Source of the DNA: Octopus bimaculoides
Taxonomy: Eukaryota
Direction: 5' to 3'
DNA length: 64,000 nt
NCBI RefSeq assembly: GCF_001194135.2
Contig: NC_068993.1
Coordinates: forward strand, 2,370,824 to 2,434,823
Made by a program: the position numbers and the translations under genes. Below the pieces are notes generated by a model. The model saw nothing but the letters and a program-made list of their open reading frames with translations. It was not told where the DNA came from and made no database searches. Shown here in pieces: positions 52,611-64,000 of the stretch (position 1 is its first letter; the number at the start of each line of letters is the position of its first letter).

Positions 52611-54531
52611 GCACATATGTAGAGTGCATTTTCTGTTCTACAATAGAGTTATCGTTGATATAGCTCCAAACGTGAGATTAAAGGAGATGAGAATAAATTG
52701 CATTGAGAACGGAAACGAGACATGTGGAGAGGTTAATGGAAGATCAAGGATTTTGTATTTAAAAATGATTGTCTAATTTTTCTGGGCATTCAATCATTAA
52801 ATGGTTACATACTTTTCAGGTAGTCATGTTTAAAAAGATGGCTTCTTGTATCAGCAGAACAAGTATGAATTGTGAATAGAGAGAAGGGGATTTCACTGCA
52901 GTGAGAAGCAATTACAATCATGCAAATATATTACAGAAAAATGATATTTTGCTAACTGGGATGATAATTGCGAACTCTTTTGCGAGTTCATGATTCTATA
53001 AAGGATTTTCAGTAAACACAGCAGTATCTTAATTCATACCATTAAATATGCATGATATTGTTGTAACAAATGCCTTTCGGAACAAAATACCACCATTAAT
53101 TGTGTCCATGTGCATACTGCGGTTAACAAAACTAATTTATATGATTCAACCATCTTGATTTAATTTTTATGACTATGCACGGTGTAATTCCTCGTGTAAT
53201 AAAGAATTCCTGTATATATTTTTTTTTATACATTGTCAGTGTTATTCTGGTGGAGCGTGCAGTGAGTTTCATTTCTACCGTGTTACTCTGTATATTTATG
53301 GGAGAGAATATGATAAACACAATTTTATTATCGAGCATTGGAAAGGAGAAGAGAGGTATATACAGAGATAAAGGACTGGTTAGAGTGAATTTAGCGAGAC
53401 TGTGGGTGTGTGACGACAGCATACAATCTTCTAGAGAAATAGTGTACATTCATTGATTCAGTTGTAGACTTTACTACTTCTCTTGTTTTATTATATAACT
53501 CCTTGTTGGAGCTATTTTCTTGTTTCAATCCTCTGTACAACATTTTTGAGGCTAGTAGCTGAGTGTAGTGCATTGCATTTCATTTCACCCTCGTTGGGTT
53601 TCAAATAACTACATTATAATATACAAGTCACTACAGTGTTTTAGTTCTCCCCACATACCCACAAATGCACCAATACATTTCCAGTTGCAACAGAGAAAAA
53701 AAATACAAATACATAAACGTGTTTTATTAAGGATAATATCATATAATTTCAGTCTGAAAATTACATTACATTTATCACCTGAAATCTTCTTTATGAATAA
53801 AGTAAGAATAGGCTCATGTTGCTAAAGCTTTGGAAGTTTCAGCTGTAATCTAGATTGGAAAGTTAGGGGTGGGATAATGAAATTAACATACATTCTGTCG
53901 TAAGTATGGACACGAATACACTGGGAGCTATAATGAAGTTGGATAGAATTATATCTTATTAGAATTGAACAATTCCTCGTCGTTGATAAATGGATAAATA
54001 CATCAATCAACAACATTCTCAATAGTCTTTGATCACAAATTTTTAATCACCAAATGCTTGGGAAGCAAAATTGAATTTTTGATTGATTTTTGAGAAATTT
54101 TGTTGTATTCGCAGATTTCAGCACAAGCTATTTCAATCAGAAATATGATGTCAATAGATTTTTTTACGAATATTTATTTTTATACTACTGAAAAATGAGG
54201 TCATTCCAGACAACAGTTTCCTCCAACTCTTTAACTATCTTCACTAATTAAATAATTTCTATGAAATATGTTACAAAAGGTGGTTCTTTTATTATTCCAA
54301 TTTTAGCGAATGTCTAGTAAAAGCTCGTTTAATTGTATGATATAATTATTCTCGACGTAAAATGATAAATTATTCGAAATTGTGTTATGGCATTCTCAGA
54401 TCTTGGTTAAATCGACATAGTCTGTGTCCATTTATTTCTCGTGCGAAACAATAATAATAATGAAGATGATGATGATGACGATGATATGTAATAATTGATT
54501 ACAGTTAACAAAAACAACGATACTAATAAAA

Positions 54532-54686
<155 letters not shown>

Positions 54687-55411
54687 AACAATAATGATAT
54701 ATAATGAATATATGGAACTACTATTCATTTAGTCAGAAGGTAAATATTTAGAAGTTTACTTCATACTATGTGCAGCTGATTCGATGATGAGCTCAATAAC
54801 CTAATTAATTTACAGTCTGTACTTAAAACTAGCACGAGATGCTAAATCGCTTTACTAGTGATTACATCTGTGACTGTTGGAACTTACTTCGAAAACATAA
54901 CATCGTAACATACGTGACAGGATATAAATTATGAGTCATCTCTTCGTTGGAACGTTATCACGTTGTCCAAGCGAAAATTCGCGTACATTGTTACAAACAA
55001 AATATGCAATATACTGCAGGGCTGCGCACAGGATAAGATTAAACTTGGTTACCAAATGATGTCGAAGTTTAAAATAGTTACAGCTTTTTATTTAAAAATA
55101 AAGGACATCTATTATCATCTCAATTTTTAATTAAATCTTTAATGAACAGAAAACTGAAATCAGTTTCTTCACCAACGTAGCAACAGTCACAACAAATATA
55201 AGCCAATTATATTTCTGGTTTTGTCTGATTCTCTTAGACTATTATGGCTGCAGCTTAACAAACTTCAAGCAAGTAAATAGCATCTTTAAACACACACACA
55301 CACACACACACGCACACAAACACACACACAAACAGAGTAGTACGTACATCCATATATATAAATATATGTATAGATATATATGTACTTAGTATATTACCAT
55401 ATAGTATATGC

Positions 55412-55450
<39 letters not shown>

Positions 55451-56460
55451 CATATATAATATATAATGTTATGTTATAGTATATGTATGTATGCATATAT
55501 ATCATACTATTCCAAAGATTTTGCAAATCAAACATTCTCCTTTGTTTCTATGTTAACCTATTTCTTTAGCAGCCTATGAACAGAAAAAAATATAGAAAGA
55601 TGCATCTGTGTATGCACGTATATTGCGTGTGTGTATGTGTGTTTACATATGTATATGTGCATCTATCTATGTATATATGTACGTGTATGTGTATATATAT
55701 ATATATAAATATTTACTCGGTGTGTTTGTATATATATATTTACTTTCTAACAAAACAAATAATTTTTAAAAAGCCACAGGCATAAATATATAATAAATGG
55801 AGTATGCAACTGCAAGAAATAAATCTCCAACTCTAATAGCTTTTAGCTATAAAAAAGTAACAAGACCATACAAAATAGTATTTTGTGTTTTGAAATAAAT
55901 AAGTTTTCTTCCAATGACATATCAGCAGTATTTATAAAACAATTTTGTGATATACTGAAAAATAATATCTTGTACATGTATTCAGAGAATTTAAGAGTTT
56001 CTGTTTAAGGACACAAATTATTAATGCTGTTAAAGCAAATAATATGCAAAGTATATGCGTTTTGGGTCTATCACCTAAAATATTGATTATCTTACTAAAT
56101 ATCATACAATGTAAATGCTTAAATTGTAAACACATGGGAAGTGTAGGGGAGAGACAATATAACGAGTGAAGAAAATTTCCATTCCGAATCATAACCATAT
56201 TGTTCTACTGATTCATTATTTTCCCTTCTGTTGCGCATCTATTTTCCCTTTCTGGTTTACGCACTGCTAATTTGTCTGCTACTCATTTAAGTTTGAATTA
56301 AGAACAGTGGCTGTCAGTTAAGCGAAATTAGGCGAAAAAATTTATGTTTAATAACTTCTTTAGTAATCTAGTAATTAAACACAATAATTTGTACAATTAT
56401 ACCAATATAAGTCAAATAAATTATAAGTCATATCATATAAATAATATTACTCAAAATTCC

Positions 56461-57170
56461 GGTTTCACCTCCTGTAACCTTATATATTGCATCATCTGCT
56501 AGCTTTGTGGCGTCCTTTACATTGAAGAAACAGGCCAACGCCTTGCTGATCGCTTTCGGGATCATACTCGACGTATATTAATACGTATGTCCGGCCAAAC
56601 TGTCGCAAACAATTTTACAACTACAGGCCATTCCATTAAATATTTATCAGTATGCAGCACTACCGCACATCATATAATCCCTTCCGCGAAGAAACGAGGG
56701 GAGCAATGTCTTATATTCGAACTTGGCGCCATTTAGCCGACAGCTTTAAATGAACATTTTTTCTTCCACCTCTGCGCCTTCTCATACTTCTTTAAACTCT
56801 TTCTTATGCTTTAACTCACCTCTCAACTAACCATGTCCCTTCATCTCACCCTCGACTTTGCCTGCTTCTCCTCATTCCATTACTCTTTCCGTCCTTTTTC
56901 TCACGCTTTTTCTCCAATGACTTCTTCGCGTATGACGCTCACGTGATTCTGCGTTCTTATCAGTTGCAACCATTTTGTCTTTTAACGGAGAGGATATAAG
57001 ACTCTACTCTCTCTCTCATTTTTTCTCTCTTTTCAACTTCTTCGCGAAAATGCATACTGACCGAAATGTTGGATTTTCCACTCCTCACCGAGTTCAATGG
57101 TCTCCTTTTATCATTTTACTACGCAGACCAGCACCAAACCCTTTGGAGTCTTATCCCCCACACACATACA
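56461..57170 (+). mobile_element. Penelope-like element 3' portion: GIY-YIG endonuclease plus pyrimidine-rich 3' region
   Basis: NLIYCIIC*LCGVLYIEETGQRLADRFRDHTR...VANNF...GHSI..LSVC...KKRGEQCLIFELGAI*PTALNEHF is a clear PLE GIY-YIG signature with two in-frame stops. Confidence 0.85.
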
Positions 57171-60071
57171 TAAACACTTACACACACACGCACACGCACA
57201 TATAAACGCCTGATGATTATATTAACAATCATGTATCCAGCCATCAGCTTGTGTGTTTACTAAATCATTTTACTTTTCAAGTTCTATAAAAATCAACATA
57301 ACTGAAATTTTCATAGGCAAGCATTATTGCCATGAGAGATCAACGAGCAGTAAACACCATATGCACTCACATCCGTATACAGAGGTAGTTTACAATGATA
57401 TAAGTTAATATGTGTGTTCATATCTCTAAGTTTGTATGTTAATATATGAGTTTGGATAAGAATACCGATAAGAATACAAGAAAAACTTTGCTTTGTAAAC
57501 TTCATTGTGGACAAATGAAAAACTAAATGCTTATCAAAATGTGCCACCGGCTTCAATTTTTTTACGATAATTTAGTCATACTGAAATGCGAAAGGAAATA
57601 AACAGAAATAAATTAAATTAATCTATCAAGATTTCAGTCCTGGATTTCACATGCTTTTCTTATAAAAACCACGTGGTTATTTCATATTCAGGGCTTACGA
57701 CACTTCAGCCAATTCATACGTTTTCGCAAGGTTGTCATTATGTTGATCACCTTGTTTGCTATGTTCCATCATTCTTGCTAAATCCATTTTCTTCGTTTTA
57801 TATTTGTCATTTATTTATTATTCATTATTTCTTTTATTTTCTAATAATAAATGTGTTACTTGACATGAAATTTGCTATTAGAATTTTCTGAAAATATCTT
57901 TGATTCATCTGATCCTCGGGGGATTGATTTTGCACCTGATCTTACTCAATTTGTGAAAATAGACTCAAGTTAAGGCCATCGTACAAACTGCAGAAAAGAA
58001 AGAATCTAATTACTTAAAATCATTCATGCTTTGAGAGAAACATTAGTCTAACAACTAGTATTTATTCTGTAATTTGCTTATAAGAGTAAACAAAATATCC
58101 CACTATTATTAGCCCTCCTAAGCAAAGCAAAGACTCTTCCATTCGGTCACATCATTTATGACCAGATAAATATATTGTGGTGAAATGATGCGCATGGGTA
58201 AGTAGCTATGGTTAACGTAATGAATGGGAAATTTTATCTAGAGTGGACATCTGCACATTAAACGATGTTACAGTGTGTGCCATCGTATATAAAATAATGG
58301 GCGGGGAGGGAATCACAATTTACAGTATTGGCTTAATGACTATTAATAAGTGTAGTCTAATATTGGTAGGTAGGGGTGACAACTCCAGACATATTTCTGT
58401 TTTATAATTTTATTTTGAAGAGGAAACAACTATCTGTGTACAGTCACGTATACAATTTTGCATGAGAATGTGTAAGTACCTACCAGTGTGTTGCACCTTT
58501 ATTTCGGCTATAAACTATTACATTCAAAGTTATTCTGTGCGTTACTCTAAATATAAATATAAATTTAGTATTGTAAAGAAGGACATCTATTTTAGATTTC
58601 AAGAAACCTCCTTATTAACAGGTAATAAATATAGCGTGCTGTAAGCAGTCGTAACATATTCATTAATCTCTGACTATGGTAGAGCGAAGATAAAAAGAAA
58701 TCGAGCACAGAGATAAACGACAAACAATGCAGGTTTGAAATATGTCTCAAAAAATAAAATTTAGCACAGAAAACACAATTTCATACGTTGAAGGCGTAGA
58801 ATGTCGTACTGATAAAACTACAACGAATAATGTACAGAGGAAATAAATGTCTTTATAATTGCAATGCACCCATTCTCTACGAAGAAATACACAAATAAAA
58901 TATTCCACAATACTTTCATCAGCATTTTAGTACTATCAATTTTGAATCAATTTGTGTTCGGTCAGTGATCAACTAAGGTTAATGCAGCCATTTCCCATCA
59001 TGACCACAAAGTTTCCTGAAGCCATAAGAAGTAAATATTTGCTAGGGCAGCTGAAAGCAAAGATCAAAGATACGACTATTGAATTCAATGATATTTCATT
59101 CTCTATGGAAGTTGCCAATTTAACCAATTCATATTTTCCACTATTGTCTTGCTTTCGGCAATCTCTTCTAACCATGTGAACTTGTTGCAATAATATTTGA
59201 GGTCAAGGATGAAATTATCAACCAAATTATCACGTACCCTCTTTAGAACAATCTCTTGAGTGGAATAACCTGGAAAGAAAGTATTGACAACTTCATATTC
59301 AGATCTTGATTGATAAGATACTTCGGTAGTAAGATAAAAGATTAAAAGGAGACAATGATATAAATTTATCTATCAATCTATTTTCGTAAACCTCCTTATA
59401 TTAGTTTATTTCTATATTTCTTTAAAATAAACTTTTCTGATTTCCTTCATTTTCTTTCCTCTCTTTATATTATATGAACATATTTGGATTTATTCCCTAT
59501 ACCTGTTTCATAAAATTTTGTCTTGTCCACATCCTAATAGAGGAGAAAGAATACACGACAACATTGATAGTAATTGAATAGACACACAGCATTCAATTGA
59601 GGACCTACCGAAACTAATGTTGGTACTGGAGGTCCCTGAAATAGTGCTGTAAATCGCACCACTGTTGCGGTAACTTGGTGGATGTCGTTTCCAGTTATTT
59701 TACAGAACTTTGTAGAAGTTACTTTCATTAACATGTACCAAGTTATCTCAATATCGTAATAATTTTTAGGGTCGTGGTTTGACAGAGTGTTTTGAAAGTC
59801 AGACAAGATGCTGTGTGGGATTTCGTTCCAGCTCTTTAAGTACTAAATTCTGATTCACGTCTAGTTTATCTTTACGTTTCCTCATATCTCAATCAATTAA
59901 ATAAACACCAATCATATGTTGGATTCGATTTGACTGACTTTTCCTTTCCCCTAATTTCTTTTGACTGCAGTTTCAATTCTTCTAAATACCATTATTACAT
60001 ACATATTTTGTAAATCATTTGCATGTAAATTTCAAATTGTTCAGTTAACGTCGTATATATATATATATATC

Positions 60072-60280
60072 TGTGTGTCTGTGTTTGACCCTCCACCATC
60101 GCTTGATAGCCGTTGTTGATGCGCTTACGTCCCCGTAACTTAGCGGTTCAGCAAAAGAACTGATACAATAGGTATTAAGCTTACAAAAAGTATGTCCTGC
60201 GGTCGATTTGTTTGACAAAACGCGGTGCTCCAGCATGGCTGCATTCAAAGGACTGAAACAAGTAAAAGAATAAAAGAATA
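60072..60280 (+). mobile_element. SINE family B 3' half
   Basis: GTGTCTGTGTTTG...ACGTCCCCGTAACTTAGCGGTTC...GCGGTGCTCCAGCATGGCTGCA...GACTGAAACAAGTAAAAGAATAAAAGAATA; the tail is shared with 10441-10538. Confidence 0.85.
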
Positions 60281-60559
60281 ATTTGAGAGGTAGTATCGAA
60301 TTTTAATCCTTGATTCTACAAAATATTTCACCCTTCCAACATCTCAATTATTTTCTCATTTCACAATTTTCTTAGATGTTCATCCTCTCTGCTTATTAAT
60401 CAGGAATATGTGCAGGCCTCGAGATATTTTAATAATGGACTGTTGCCCTTCCTATAACTGCACTTATTTCATTCTCGACTACACCCAATCAAACAGTGCA
60501 TCAATTTAAACATTTCAAAAATTTGAAATTGCAGATGTGATTTGCATATACGGTTTCAA

Positions 60560-60619
<60 letters not shown>

Positions 60620-60690
60620 TATTATTATTATTATTATTGCTGTTGTTGTTGCTGTTGTTGTTGTTGGTGTTGCTGCTGCTGTTGTTGTTT
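60560..60690. repeat. Compound triplet array (CAT)n(TAT)n(TGY)n
   Basis: Read directly. Confidence 0.95.
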
Positions 60691-61256
60691 TGGTTGTTAT
60701 TATGCGCATCTTTCTTCTTTGATATTATATTCTTTTGTTCATGGGTGGAGAAATAAGAATGACTGGCTAATTAAAGAGGACTTCGGTTAGAAAGACTTCT
60801 CTTTCTAGTGACTGTGCTTAAGTTAAAACTCCTCTATGTCTAAAATTGGAAAGAAAAAGAACAATTAAATGTATCGTACAACCATGTATGTAAATATATT
60901 TGTGTATGCGAGCGTACGTGCTTATGTATGTATGGTAGACAGATAAGGTGTAAGCATTAATATATATGCACACATACGTATGTGCGTATATATTTCAATT
61001 GAAGACAGAATCCTAATTTTCCTTCAGACTACCATAACAATCGATCACTTAAATGTGGAAAGTATTCCACGAAAAATAACAAACACACATAAAAAGTGTG
61101 ATGGTGGCGGGGGGAGTGAGAGCTGAAAGGATGAAAGGTAAAAATCAAAAAGTAAAATTCTTTAGAGATTGAAATAAAGTTGTCTAAAATTGAACAAAGT
61201 GAAAGAATAGAGAAGTAGTTAGCCTTCAAATTGAATGCCAATGCGCATGACTCAAT

Positions 61257-61357
<101 letters not shown>

Positions 61358-61818
61358 GGTATATATGGAGGTAGACGTGAGCAACGTAAATTATGCATGC
61401 CTAAACAGAGGAAAATGCACATAGATTGTATATATGCGGATCTCTGTTTTTCTGTCTGTCTGTCTCTCTCTCTCTTTCACTGGATATACACAAACACACT
61501 CACACACATACGCACTCAAACAGACACGCTCACACACACACATTTATGTATGCAATAGTCGATTCGTTATGAGATGTTTCACCTGTTTTATTTTGAGTAC
61601 GGTTTAAATAAAACGCATACCCGCACAAATATGAGTCTGTGTGTGTATGCATGTGTGAGCAGATATATTTTACTACACGCACATACACACACACACACAT
61701 ACATAAACACATGTGTATATATATTTCTGTATGATTACACATCCATATAAATGCATGTGTATTCACACATACGCAAACATATATACATACATATATACAT
61801 ATATACATATATACATAT

Positions 61819-61866
<48 letters not shown>

Positions 61867-63544
61867 CTATACTATATCGCTGCAATTATATCAAGAAACT
61901 TTCATCTTTATTTTGTTAAAATGTATCGTTTTGTTATATATCTCTTTTTCTCATTTCTTGTTTCTTCAAATATATTCAGTTTTCTTCCTCTCAATCAAAG
62001 ATTTCTCTCCCTCGCTCGTTCTCTCTTTATCTTTCTCTCTCCCTATCTGTTTGTTGTTTCCTCTCTGTCTCTCTCCACACACCTCTCTCTCTATGTTAGT
62101 AAGTTTTTGTTTTGATGAAGAATAAAAAAAATCAAGTTGTTGAAATATACAGAACATTATCACTCGGGGACAGTTCTAACTGCCAATTATTTGTCAGTTT
62201 ACATTTACCGTTTCTTTCGTTATCTAAGAATCATTTTCTATTCTGTTCAACTGAAAAAAAAACAAATATTGCAAGAAAGGTGATGCGCAATATATGTGAA
62301 TCTGCCTTGTGGTTTTTGTGTATCATCGCTTACCTGCGAGAAATATAGCCATATTTTCCCAATATAAATCTTCCAAGGCATCGAATTTGTAGAAATTTTA
62401 AAGCTGTGAACTATGTGCTTTATGATATTCTTTATGGTTCCTTATGCTCTTAGTTCAAATCCCATTGAAGCCTGTCTGTCCTCAGAGGGTTCGATTGATG
62501 GATGTGTTGAACTTTGGCTATGATGCAATACAGGACGCATCATAACTCTTGAAGTTTGGCCTTAGAAATAGCCGATAATATGGTGCCTTAGAAGAAATAT
62601 CCGAATAATGATAACAGAATTCCTTTGCATACCCACACAGAAGTTTCTTGACATGTATAGGTCAAAGACGTTACTAAACATCGTTCATCGGCATGATCAC
62701 ATAGAACATGTTCTTACATGAGTAAAATAAATGCAGACATATATCATGTTATCTCATAAGATGACATCAACGTATATAGCATCTTTAATAGGTTTTCCCT
62801 TCCACATTTTCACTAAGAGGAAAACAACTCTGATGAAGGAAGAGATTTCCTATTCTAAATCAAAAGAATTAGGAATTTTCCCAAAGATTATTTGGATCTC
62901 ACACATTTCATCCTGTAACATTAAATCTAATGTAGATAGGATAATGTTGGCCATCCTAGACAAATGTTTCCTGCCATATCACAGTCTTATATCATCCATA
63001 ACAAGCGTTCTATGACAGTCAACTATTCCTGCGCCCCCAATATAGCATTTACAATATCCTAAGCCATGCTAGTCTCAGAATATTCATGAAGAAAGAAATA
63101 TCCCTGTCCTTTAGAGCAGGCAGGCAGCATCAGCTCTGCCGTAAATAGAGAAAGTTTACCCCAACCACGTTGATTCAAGTAGTGTGGCTTAAAACGTTTC
63201 ACAGTTATGATGCAGGGTTGATTTGAACAAGTATTCTGTAACTGCTTACCATTTTTAAGAAATAAGAAAAAAGCAAAAGGATAAAACAGAAAACAACGAA
63301 CGTGTTTCAAAGTTGGATGTACAAAAACTATTAAACTTATTATAAAATGAAAGGTTGGGTATTATGGAGACATGTGCTGGATGTGATGTTTCGTGAAAAG
63401 GAAAATATTCAATTTGATTGGAATATTTTAAATATAGAGATCAAACAGTATGTATGTGCTAATTAAGGAGAAAACCTTTGCTGTGAATTTAGTTATCCAT
63501 TCAAAAAATCTATGCATGAAAGTTTAAAGAATGCGTCACCCTGA

Positions 63545-63800
63545 TTACTTACGATTCATCTTCATGCGCTACGTGCAACCCATTTTAGAATTCTGCCCTT
63601 ATATCGACTGTTTAGCTGTTCGTGCATACTTTTAGATCCTGGAGCTCTTACGCAAAATGGTAATCCGCATGATAGGAGGTATTTATTACCAAATACTCGA
63701 CATTTGTAATCTTTATCGGTGAATACTAAAATAGCTTCTGCATTTTTAAAGCTACCGTGCTGAATAGAATTTCTACATTGGCTAACCTATAGAATCTGCG
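63545..63800 (+). mobile_element. CR1/L2-like LINE RT C-terminal remnant
   Basis: FMRYVQPILEFC...*ILELLRKMVIRMIGG resembles Y..YVRPILEY....W....L..LE.VQ.RA.R.I. Confidence 0.55.
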
Positions 63801-64000
63801 CCATCGCTGCTGTATCTTATCACTTTCAGAACGATTTAATACCAATTGTTTATATCTGTATGTACCTAAATATCTTTCTGGAAATCCAGCTGGCGCTGAA
63901 ATTTACCCCTCAGGCAGCTACCTGCAGACAATCAAGCTGAATATCAATCACATTCAACTTCCTACAGATGTATGCATATATATATATATATATATATATA

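Noticed and set aside
58952-59190. Overlapping ORFs of about 75 aa on both strands
   Set aside because: No homology recognised, and the strand cannot be determined.

Overview
This is eukaryotic, AT-rich, repeat-dense DNA with nine N-gaps (487-744, 6220-6604, 12358-12587, 17249-17601, 22128-22461, 25740-25860, 37282-37291, 41755-42426, 43123-43132). The dense (TA)n/(CA)n/(GA)n/(TAA)n/(GAT)n microsatellites and the tRNA-derived SINEs resemble what I recall from octopus genomes; that assignment is inference. No long ORF is present, and the ORF track mostly reflects microsatellites and gaps. Supported content: about 10 SINE copies from two head families; decayed non-LTR retroelements (RTE-like, CR1/L2-like, R4/Dong-like with a restriction-like endonuclease, and Penelope-like GIY-YIG elements); and three long inverted-repeat hairpins. 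Hand splicing gives a tentative 5-coding-exon plus-strand gene (16750-32265, 116 aa, unrecognised product) behind an ETS+E2F promoter-like patch. The most unusual signal is that several Penelope-like remnants end in hammerhead-ribozyme-like motifs, and one fragment begins almost exactly at the predicted self-cleavage site. There are no prokaryotic operons, CRISPR arrays or rRNA genes. All alignments were done by eye, with no database search.
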